A stretch of 64,000 nucleotides of DNA. It comes from Piromyces finnis finn. Lineage: Eukaryota > Fungi > Neocallimastigomycota. Position 1 is the stretch's first letter. Each line of letters opens with the position of its first letter. Positions 28,486 to 39,566 of this stretch are shown in pieces. The position numbers and the translations under genes are program-made. Where the stretch lies: assembly GCA_002104945.1 (NCBI GenBank), contig MCFH01000039.1:462827-526826 (forward strand). The letters are read 5' to 3'. The notes below the pieces were generated by a model that was not told the DNA's origin, made no database searches, and saw nothing but the letters and a program-made list of their open reading frames with translations.

Positions 28486-28880
28486 TGTAAAAGTTTTTTA
28501 AAAAATTAAAACAGATTATAAAATTTTTACAATAAAACAAAAACACAAAATAAAATAAAAAATAAAAATAAAAACAAAAACAAAATTTATTTATAATTAT
28601 CTTTTATTAACTTTTATTTAATTATTAACTAAATTATAGTCGATAACAATTACATCGTTTTAATTACGAAATTTTACATGTATTTTTTAAACTAAGCTAA
28701 AGTTATTAAACTAATTTTAATTAAATAAAAACTTTTTAAGATTTAATTTGCATAATTATCCATTAATTTAAAAATTTATCCAAATTTCATTTTTAATTTT
28801 GATATTTTAAAATTAATCTTTATTTAATTATTATTTAATTAATTATTAAATAATTTAAAGATATATTTTATATCTTTACA
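28486..28880 (+). mobile_element. Solo LTR, A subtype (395 bp)
   Basis: TGTAAAAG...TATCTTTACA with TSD GTCCT, splitting the integrase GPY motif. Confidence 0.93.
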
Positions 28881-29466
28881 GTCCTTATAAAATTTTGAAG
28901 AAAATCTCAGAAGTATCATATAAAATAGAATTACCAAAATCTTTAAAAATCCACTCCGTTATTCACATCTCTAATCTTGAACCCTATTTTGAAGACAAAT
29001 TTGGACGTACTCAACCACATCTGCCACCTATAACAATTGATAATGAAGAAGAATACGAAGTAGAAAAAATCCTAGATAAAAGGAAATATTATGGGAAAAC
29101 TCAATATTTAATTAAATAGAAAGGTTATTCTCTTAACGAAGCTTCATAGGAACCTGAGTAAAATTAAAATTGTAATGAACTACTCCAAAAATTCAATAAA
29201 AAGAAATGATTATTAGATCTATTCAAATTTTTTAATTAATAAAAAAATTTTTTTATTTTATCTAAATTGTATTTTTATATTATTATATTATATTATTTAT
29301 ATTATATCATATTATATATTATTTTTATTTTATAAGAAAAGAGAAGAGATATTAAAAAAACTTATTTTATAAATTATATCATGTATTTTAAAATCTAATA
29401 ATGTATTAAAAAAATTTACTCAATTATTAATTTATAATTCGTCTGGTATCCGAATCCTCGAGGAGG

Positions 29467-29825
29467 TGTAAAAAATTCTAAAGTTCGGGTTTGTATACGT
29501 ACACTAAATTATCTTAGGCAACTAAACTAATTATTTTTAATATTATTTTATTTAACTTTTTTAAAAATTTATTCTAACACAACCGTTAATTATTTAACCG
29601 TGAAGGTTATTTTACCAGAATCCTCACTAGGTAATCAATTATTTTATTAATTAAAACTAAACTAATTATTGACTAATGCTAATTTATCTAAATTAAATTA
29701 ACCTATACGACTAAACTATACGATTTTCCAACTATTGTTTCAATAGTTGAAAAATTTTCTTTATTTATACTTTTTAATAAATTGAATAAATTTTAATATA
29801 CATGTTTTAATATAATAATTTTACA
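29467..29825 (+). repeat. Probable 3' LTR of the decayed chromovirus
   Basis: TGTAAA immediately after the purine tract CGAGGAGG. Right end uncertain and no matching 5' LTR found. Confidence 0.5.
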
Positions 29826-30539
29826 TTGTTTATATTTATACATTTATTAAAAGAAATTATTTGTATTAAACTATTTAAATTCAATTTATTTACTAAAGAA
29901 TTTTCTAAACTTAAAAATAAAGCTTTGATTTGTTTACTATATGGTTGATTATATTTCAAACATATATTTAATTTAAATAGTTTATTTAATATAAATATTA
30001 ATTGGAAAGCCATTTATTATCCGGAGATAAATAGTGTACCAATTAATTAATATTAAACAAACCAATTAATAAAATAAGATTCATTTAAATAATTATTAAT
30101 ATTATTTTTAACAACTTATTAATATCGATATTTAAAGAAAATTGTATTATTATTATATTTTATTAATATTTATATTTATATTATTATACATGTATAACTT
30201 AAATTATATTATTATTATACTTTATTAATATCAATATTATATTAAAAATGAAAATATAAATAAATTGAACAAAGAACAACTTTAAGAAATTCTTTGTGAG
30301 ATTATTAATACACATTTTTATATAGTAAATTTAGTATTTAAAACTGATAATTATCATTTATTTATATTATAAAAATTAAATAAAATAATTATTTAGAAAC
30401 TATATTTATTATTCTTTTATTTTTTAAAAAGGATTATTATTTATTATATAATTAAGCCTATCCTAACCTAATAGACTTAATTATAACTTGACAATTAAAT
30501 ACATTATTCTATTAATACAATATTTTACAAGGAGGGCCA

Positions 30540-32882
30540 TGTAACAATGTTACGGTTCAAATAAGATATCATAATTTTATATAATATGAATATTTTCGTT
30601 ATTAATATTATTAATATATTTTTAATAATATTTTTTTTATTTTTATTGTACTTATTTTTTTTTATGATCCAATTTTTAGTAAATTTTTCTAAAAATTGCG
30701 TACTTTTTGAAACTATCCATTATTTCAAATTTAATGATTTGGGATAATTAAAATTTTAAATTAATTCCATTCATAATATATGGATCATTCATTGTAACTG
30801 TAAAAGTATAAAATTTAAAACAGATTTTATACTTAAAACAAAACAATTTTTATTAACACAAAAATAAAAAAATAAAACATTAAATTTTTATTTTAAGAAA
30901 ACATTTTATTTAAACTCTTAAAAATATTATTAACTATATAATAGTTAATAATTAAAAAATTGAAAATAACAATTACATCGATTTAATAAACAAAAATTAC
31001 ATGTATTTATATTTTTTCATAATTATATTCTAATATATTATTCTATTTAAATAAACATATATTTAATATAAAATAAACAAAACTAATTTAATTAAATAAT
31101 AAAATAACAGAACTAAACTAAACTAATTCATTATACTTTTAATTCAATTTGAGTAAACTCAAAATTGAATAAAGCCCATGTATTTTCTATAAATTAATTT
31201 AATATTATCAATACTATTCTTAATATATTTCCTATTGAAATATAAATAAATCTATTTTTAAAACTAAGTTAAAATTATTAAACTATTCTAAATTTAAATA
31301 AAAAAGTATAATCTTCTAAAATTAAATAAAAAGTATTTAAAAAATATTTTAATTAAAATTCTTTTATTCCTTAAATTTAAATATTTATCTTAATTTAATT
31401 TTAACGGAATTATTATAAAACAATTTATTATTAAATTATTCCATAAAATTTATTCAAAAATTTTATAATAAGTTTTACTAAATATTAATTTATTATTTAA
31501 TAATTAATAATTAATTATTAAATAATCTAAAGATATATCTTATATCTTTACAGTAACGTATATTAATTAAATCATTAATATATATTATGAATCATCTATT
31601 AATATTAGAACAGATAAATTTTTAATTTATATTTAATAGATTTTTAATTTACTTTACATGTAGTGTTTTTGATTTCATATATTAACTAATAGACTTAGAG
31701 CATATAATAAATTTATATTATCCTATTAATTATGTCCTTTTTTAGACAAAAAGATTAATTTTTATGTAAAGGTATCTTCTATTAGTTGTGTAACAATTAC
31801 TTTTCTTACAACTATTTAGGTTCATTCCTTAACAGAATGCCCTTCGTTAAAACTCAAGCTACTCCATTGCTGAGTTATATTTAACAATATTTTTAAAGTG
31901 TACATTTCTATTCATTAGTACACCAGTAGTTGGATCAGCTAACACTACTGTATTAAACTGTTTCTGAACCACTTTGAGAGGTCCCACAAAGGCTCTAACT
32001 TTGCTCTACTAAAGTTCCGTACTAGAACTAAGTCACCTATTCTTATTTTCTTAGCTTTACTCATTCCTAACATTTTCTCTCTTCTTGTAGACCAATATTT
32101 ACTAGCCGTTTTGACATTCTCCGCAGCTTCCAAGGTCCACCGGTAGTGCTTGATGAATTTTTCTAAGAGAATTTCATCAGAAGTTTTACTTTGATCTTTC
32201 GTAGGTCTGGCAGCAATATCAAAAGGCTGCTGATCCTCCCTACCATAAACTAATTCAAAACTAGAATGGTTAGTTACTGTATTCTTGGATGTTCTTAGCG
32301 CTCAAAGAGCAGAAGGCAAAACTTCATCCCAATCCTTATTTTCTTTTCCTAAGAGTCGCAGTAACTTTCCAATTTCCTTGTTCCTATTCTCTGTTAGTCC
32401 GTTACTTTCTGGATGGTAGGGAACTGTAAATTTAACATATACATCATACAAACCCAAAAATATCTTGGTCATATCAGAAGTAAACTGTGCTCCATTATCC
32501 GTAGTGATAATTTGGGGTATTCCATGCCTTGCGAAAACATTTATTAAAAATTTTATTACATCTAAGGAAGTGATAGACTCTACCGCTTCGGTCTCTACCC
32601 ACTTAGTAAAATAGTCCACTGTAACTATTATATTGTTTATTGTTCTTTGTCTTTGGTAGTGGACCAATAATATCCAAACCTAAATGTACAAAGGGGCCTT
32701 TTACCTGCGTTGGACGATTTTCCGCTGGCTCAGGATAAGGTTGGGCCGATTTAATTAACATTTTTCATATTTGCTAATAATCCTTTTGATGTCAGTTATC
32801 ATATCATTCCAATAATAGCTTTTCTTTAGTCTTTGGTAAGTTTTATAGTAACCTTCATGGCCAACATTATGAGCTTGGTATA
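30540..32882 (-). mobile_element. 3' remnant of a non-chromoviral gypsy: integrase pseudogene, PPT and probable 3' LTR (31834 down to ~30540)
   Basis: VTVDYFTKWVE...FARHGIP..TDNGAQF..YHPESNGLTE, related to 14538-15308. AACGAAGGGCATTC is followed by TGTTAA. The far end of the LTR is tentative. Confidence 0.8.
30799..31552 (+). mobile_element. Solo LTR, A subtype (754 bp)
   Basis: TGTAAAAG...TATCTTTACA with TSD GTAAC. Confidence 0.93.
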
Positions 32883-33563
32883 TGCAAAATAATAATTTTA
32901 AAACAGATTATTATTTTTACAATAAAACACAAAAAATATAAAAAAATTAAACACTAAAATTAATAAATAAAAGTTTCACTTAATATTTCTTTTTAAAGGT
33001 TATTAACTATATAATTGTCAATAACAACTACGTTTATATAAAATTTGGAAAAAATACATGTATTTATATGTTTTTTCATTTACATTCATTATATATATTT
33101 TTCATTCAATTATACATACATTTAATATAAAATAAACAAAACTAATTTAATACAAATTTAAATAAATAATAAAATAATAAAACTAAACTAAAACAAATTA
33201 AATACACTTTTGATTCAATTTGAGTAAACTGCAAATTGAATACAGTCCATGTATTATTTATATATTATTTTAATATTAATAATACTATTTATAATATATT
33301 TCTTATTAAAAAATGTTATTTTAAAACTATTCTAAAGTTATTAAACAAATTTAAATTAAATACAAGCTTTTTAAGATTTAATTTGAATATTTATCCAAAT
33401 TTCATTTTTAACCTTGATATTTTAAAATTAATTGTTATTTAATTATTCCATAAAATTTATTGAATAAATTTTATAAATAATTTCCATTGAAATATCAAGA
33501 TTTTTATTTAACAATTATTAATTAATTATTAAATAATTTAAAGATATATCTTATATCTTTACA
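32883..33563 (+). mobile_element. Solo LTR, A subtype (681 bp), flanks do not match
   Basis: Degenerate TGCAAAAT start and TATCTTTACA end. Flanks GTATA / ATACT are not a TSD. Confidence 0.85.
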
Positions 33564-34967
33564 ATACTAATAGAGGATGGAAGACTAGATATGGTAGTTT
33601 ATTCATAACAACGAAATTCTTACAGATGAAACTCCTTGCTGAGCCTGAATTAATTAACAGCTTAATTTTTAATGTTTTGTTGTTCATCTTGATGATGAAA
33701 GTGGAATTCATTGTATTTGTTCTATTTGGCGTGTAATTGACTGAAAGTATTTCATTGTTTTTCTTGCTTTATTGAATATTTTTAATCTTTTTGTTTGTAA
33801 AAGTTTAAAACAGATTATAAAATTTTTACAATAAAATAATAAACACAAAATAAATAAAAAGAAACAAGAAAATAAATTATTTAAAATATCTCTTTTATTA
33901 ATTTTATTTAGTTAATAACTAAATAATAGTCAATTACAATTATATCGTTTTAATTAAGAAATTTCTACATGTATTTATATTTTTTGTAAATTATATTTTA
34001 ATATACTATTCTATTTAATTACACATATATTCAATATAAAATAAACAAAACTAAACTAAAACTAATTAAATACACTTTTGATTCAATTTGAGTAAACTGC
34101 AAATTGAATACAGTCCATGTATTACCTATATATTAATTAAATATTAATAATACTATTTATTATATATTTGCTATTAAAAAATGCTAATTTAAAACTACGC
34201 TAAAGTTATTAAACTAATTTTAATTAAATAAAAACTTTTTAAGATTTAATTTGAATATTTATCCAAATTTCATTTTTAACCTTGATATTTTAAAATTAAT
34301 TATTATTTAATTATTCCATAAAATTTATACAATAAATTTTATAAATAATTTTTCATTAAAATATCAAAATTATTATTAAATAATTTTAAGATATATTTTA
34401 TATCTTTACATTGTTGTTATCTATCTTGTAAAAGTTGTATAATTTTCTTCCGAAGGACTTCTTATCTTTATGGTCACTCTTGGGCTTCTTGTTATGAAAA
34501 TTATTAATATTATCATTAATAAGACATTTTTTGTCGAGATTAATAATAACATTAGTAGCTTCGAATACCGTCTTGGGTCTGTCAACTTCGTCGAATTCCC
34601 TTTGCACTTCTTCGTGAAGGCCTCTCCTGATAAGATCAACGAATACTTCGTCAGGCCATCCGATTCTCTTAGAGAGTCTTCTGAACTCGATTGTATAATT
34701 GGCTGCCTTCCCTAAATGATGCTGTTTAAGGTTTAAAAGTTGTTCTAAGAATATACTTTTGTTCCTTTATATCCCCAAAGTTATCCAGCAATAAGTTTTT
34801 GAATTCTTCATAACTTAGTACTAATAGTACTATCAGCAATGAGAAATAACCCCCATTTTCTTGATGCACCTTGAAGTTTATTAGCAACAAAAGAACATTT
34901 AGATTCGTCTTTTTGGAATGTGTTAGAATGTTCCTTGAAGAACATTTCACATTATCCAAGGACTTCA
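33564..34967 (-). pseudogene. Gypsy gag-protease remnant (chromovirus-type gag), split by solo LTR 33796-34410
   Basis: FVANKLQGASRKW, YTIEFRRLSKRIGWPDE and LLINSGSAR read in shifting frames. Confidence 0.75.
33796..34410 (+). mobile_element. Solo LTR, A subtype (615 bp)
   Basis: TGTAAAAG...TATCTTTACA with TSD TTGTT. Confidence 0.93.
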
Positions 34968-34969
34968 CT

Positions 34970-35392
34970 AATAAATTAAAATTCTCAATTCAAACCCCTA
35001 GTTTTAGTATTGTTTTGTAAGAGAAATAGATATATAGTATATAAATATTAAATGATTAATATATCAATAATACATGGGCACATATTCAAATTGAATAGTA
35101 CTTAATTTGAATTGCCAATTGTATTTTACTAAAAATAGTTATAGTTTTTATTAATAATTATAATTTTAGTGTAGATTTTAAATAATAATATAAGAAATAA
35201 GTAGTTATAATATAAATGTATTTAGGAAAAATATAAAGAGAAGATATTTTTCATCATTTTATCGATGCAATTGTTATTAACAATTTTATTACAATAGATT
35301 AATAAAAAACTATTTTTTATAAAATATATTTTATATTGTTATTGTAATAGATTAGATATCCTAATCTATTCGGTTTAGTGTCTGTCTTTACA
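34970..35392 (-). mobile_element. Solo LTR, B subtype, 3'-truncated
   Basis: Reverse complement starts TGTAAAGACAGACAC and is colinear with 46087. Confidence 0.85.
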
Positions 35393-35843
35393 CAAGTGAA
35401 GTAGAAGACAATCCCCGTAACCAATACATTTATCAAAAATATTTAAAAAGTGGACGACATTATGCTTCCATAGCATATAATTAAGAAAAACCATCATTGT
35501 TATGCTTATTAATAATTAAATATAACTTTTACATCATTTACAAAAATTTTTTATATCCACTAAATTTCGAAATTTAACTCATCGCAAAATTTTGAAATTT
35601 CAATATTTCAAAATTTTTACACTAAATATTTTTCAGTTATTATATTAAAACTTAATTATTTTTTATTTCTATTATCATTTTTAAATCCTACATTATCAAA
35701 TTTATTATTAAAATTTTATCTACAAGAAAATTTTTCAAAAAATGAAATTTCAAAAGTCTCACAATGGCCAAGCGACCTTTTGAAATTATTACTTCCTCTC
35801 GAAAAAATCTTTTTAAAATCAAATTTTTATTTTTCGCTCCAGT

Positions 35844-36480
35844 TTCTAGAATTCGTCTGGAATACGAATTCCTAGGAAGGGCGTTGTGAAGATATTAACT
35901 GGATTTAAAATAAATTCAGATAATATCTATAATCAATTAAACATAAAAATTATAATTAAATAATTCCAATAATTATTTTAAAACACCTTTCGAAGTCACC
36001 TTTTAAATTTTGATTCAGTGAAAGGGTTATGATTTCAAAAATTTAATATCTACACTATAATCTTTAGCCAAAAATAAACAAACACGAAACAGGGCGTAAC
36101 TTACCAAAATAAAACTAAGTATATTAGAAAGCGTAAGAAAAAAGATACATTTTGGTACAATCGAGGTCCTTCTAACTGATCATTTAAGGAAGTTATGATC
36201 ATTTAAAGATTTTAATAGGTAAATTAAAATCAATATGATATCAAGTATGGATCATAAACCTTTCTTATAACTTAACAGAAATTAAAAATATATCAATAGG
36301 AAATTTAGTTATATTAATTTAATTAATGATGATGACTGTTACTAAAAATAGAACTAAACCATTTAGGTGTTAACTGTTATATACATTAAATAATTTTAAT
36401 TATTATAAAATATGTTAACTACTAGTTTTACTAGAAATAATTTTTAAAATAATAATTATTTAATTATAACAAATATGTTA
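35844..36480 (+). mobile_element. Isolated gypsy 3' end: pre-PPT hairpin, PPT and LTR starting at 35885
   Basis: GAATTCGTCTGGAATACGAATTC-CTAGGAAGGGCGT-TGTGAAG. LTR right end not determined. Confidence 0.6.
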
Positions 36481-36484
36481 TGTT

Positions 36485-37041
36485 TGTAAAGATATCAAAC
36501 GCCACATATTGATATCTTTAATGTAACTTAAGCCATAAACATTATTGTTTAAGTTACACAAATTATATTACAGAAAAAGAAAATAGGTCATAATTTATTT
36601 TTAATGTTTAACAAATAAATAAATTTTTCAATTCAAACTTTTAGTTTTAGTATTGTTTTGTAATAGAAATATATAGTAAATAATTATTAAATGATTAATA
36701 TATCAATAATACATCATCACATATTCAAATTGAATAGTATTTAATTTGAATTGCCAATTGTATTTTACTAAAAATAGTTATAGTTTAAATATTTATTAAT
36801 AATTAAAATTTTAGTGTGGATTTTAAATAATAATATAAGAAGTAAATAATTATAATATAATATAAATGTATTTAGGAAAAATATAAATAGAAGATATTTT
36901 TCATCATTTTATCGATGTAATTGTTATTAATAAATTTCTATTAAAGATATTATTAAAACAATTTTTATTTTTATTTTTTAATTATGGTGTTATTGTAATA
37001 GAATAGATAACCTAATCTATTCTTTCTGTGTCGACTTTACA
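36485..37041 (-). mobile_element. Solo LTR, B subtype (557 bp), flanks do not match
   Basis: Both termini present (TGTAAAGTCGAC...GATATCTTTACA on minus). Flanks ATGTT / ATAAC are not a TSD. Confidence 0.88.
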
Positions 37042-37310
37042 ATAACAATTACCCAACGAAATCCAAGAATACGTTAGGGTATCTACCGCCGAAGGACAAG
37101 AAATTGAATAAAGTAAACTATTAATATCTTCAAGGACTTAGTAATACAAAACTTATTCGACACTGCTTTACAGAACGCGTTTGAATAACATTTGTATTAG
37201 AATAGATTGTATTAGTGTAATTAAAAAAAAATAAAAAAAATTTAAGATTACTTACTTGAAACAGTAGTAAGAAACAATTTTTATTTTATATTATATTATA
37301 TTTTGAATTG

Positions 37311-39566
37311 TGTAACGAATCATAGAAATTAGTAACCTATCTTAGTAACTAAGACCTTAGTTTGAACTTCTCGAGTTCGAAACCTTATTAATATATTTTT
37401 ATTAATTATTAAAATATTTTTACAACAAAATTTTACCAATAAGATAATTTCTGATTGGTCTAAAAAATTAAGTTTGTAAAATTTTTATAAATTTAATTTT
37501 AAAAATTTTTATATAAATACGAGTGAAATTTCTTTAAAAAATATTTTTTAATTCGAGTTTTTATTAATAAAAAATTTTATAATAAAAATAAAATTATTAA
37601 ACACTAACCTGTTATAATTTTGTTAAGTGTTCAATAATAAAATTTTTATTTGCTTTTATTATTTTCCTTTTTATATATTTGTGTTTTTATTTATTGAACA
37701 TTAGTTCTTTACAATAAAAACTCTTAAAATATAGTAACACCTTAGTATTTAAAAGAGGAAGAATTTTTAATTTATTAAAAATTAAGTAAGTCAGTGAAGT
37801 TTATTTTAACAATAGGGGTACTGAAAACAAAAGTAAAACTCACAGTTATTATAAGAGGAGCGCCAGGACGCTTAATTTAATAATAAAGAAAAAATTCATT
37901 TTTTAATAAAACGTTTTCTACTTTTAATAAATAAAATTAAATTTTATTTATTATTTTTGAAAAAATATATTAAAATAACAAAGTTAGGATTCAATATCTC
38001 CCTTAGTGTGGATAGTTGGACACCTATGCATAATACTTTGTTGTTTAGATATTATTAATAATCGGGGAATTAAACCTATTTTTTTCATTAAGTGGCAATA
38101 AAGAAACTAATATCGTTAATTTCTTTTATTGAAATTTTATATTTCCAATATTAACAATTGATAATATCTACATTATCAACAAAAAGCTACGAGGGACCTA
38201 GTATTGAGTGCTAATAAAATTAAATATTTGATGGTATAATACTATTTAATTTGACTCTGTCTATAAATAAAATATTTTAATCAATAAATAATAATAAGGA
38301 TTTAATTTTTTTTATTTCTTAATTTCATCAAATATAACTTTATCTTAATTTTCATAATTTTTCTTTTCAAATATTTTCTAATTTTTAATGGAAGGACGAA
38401 TATTTGATAATGCTTCACTAAAAGACGGTTTCGCAGGAGACAGAAAATATCTCAAAGGTTTCCTAGCCAAAATAGAACTTGCTTTTCTTCTCTACCCCGA
38501 AAGATATCAAGATGAAGAAAGCAAGGTTTATCTACCTGATTTCTTGCCTTTATGGAAATGCACTAAATTCGGCCGCTACGCTTATTGATAATCATGATCA
38601 ATTCCTGACCAACTACCAAGCATTCAAAGAAAGACTAAAGGTATTCTATGGGAACAACGACGCAGTCTACATAGCTAATCAAATGCTATGTACTCTCAAG
38701 CAACATCGTTTGGGTGGCATCAGAGGATACATCCTTGAATTCAACAAATATTCTGATGAATTCAACTGGAATGAAGAGGCTAAGATGGATGCTTTTGTCG
38801 CTGGGCTCAACCAAGAAGTTGCAATGAAGATCTTAGAGATGTTCCCAGGACCAAGAGATTTGTTTTTTCTCCAAACTATTGCAGCTAGAATAGACTCTAG
38901 ACTTGCTACCAGGGGATTACTCTTTGATAAAAACTCTAAAGGACCTAGTTCTAATTTCAGCAATGGCTCCAGAAAAGCTACCACAAATCTAAAAGAACAT
39001 CCCAAGAAGAAAAGATATTTTGGTCCGTTATCCAAGGAAGAAAAAGAAAGAAGTAAAGAAAACTTATGTGTCTATTGTGGATCTCCAGGACACCAACTGA
39101 AAGATTGTCATAAGAGAAGAAATAAAAACTCAGCAGTCGAATCTTTAGTTTCTCTACCAAATAATTCTTCTAATTCCAAGAAAAATCAACAAGACAGGGT
39201 AACTTCAAATTTCAAATTATCTTTTGAACTAGACACCAAAATTCTTAGAGACTCCGTTTCTACTCTTAATCTAATCGATATCGACTATTGCAACGATCAC
39301 AATATTCCCTACCACTACGAAGAAGATATCCAACGTATTCGGTATTGGTGGTAGCAAAAAACTGTTCGGAGTTACTCCACCTCTTAATCTTCGTTACATG
39401 GATCACCTATGCCGTATTGTCTTTTATGTTACTGATCTACCTGCATATCCTTGTATTCTCGGTCTACATTAGCTTAAGGAACACAATCCAAGTATTGACT
39501 TTGAAAATAACAAATTATCTTTTGGTTCTTCTTATTGCTTGGATCATTGTATGACTCTCCCTTCAA
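37311..39566 (+). mobile_element. 5' part of a chromovirus-type gypsy: LTR 37311-37713, long 5' UTR, gag-protease from 38388; truncated by the copia at ~39567
   Basis: TGTAAC...CTTTACA LTR with TATA box. Gag with LKQHRLGGIRGYILEFNKY and CVYCGSPGHQLKDC. In-frame degenerate protease. Confidence 0.85.

Larger units (their letters stand above)
23880..29466 (+). mobile_element. Decayed chromovirus-type gypsy: gag (from 24256), protease, RNase H, integrase and chromodomain; RT deleted
   Basis: Gag similar to 38388 gag; ILIDSGSELNLID; TDSSNFDIGA; MDFITDFP; SDRRSKF; GQTERVN; EEYEVEKILDKRKYYGKTQYLIK. Many stops. PPT at ~29459-29466. Confidence 0.88.

Noticed and set aside
28486-28881. Solo LTRs as introner-like spliceable inserts (T|GTAAAAG ... 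TTACAG|)
   Set aside because: Splicing at these sites leaves 5 extra nt (frameshift). The AG depends on the TSD, and the 46087 copy has no suitable acceptor.
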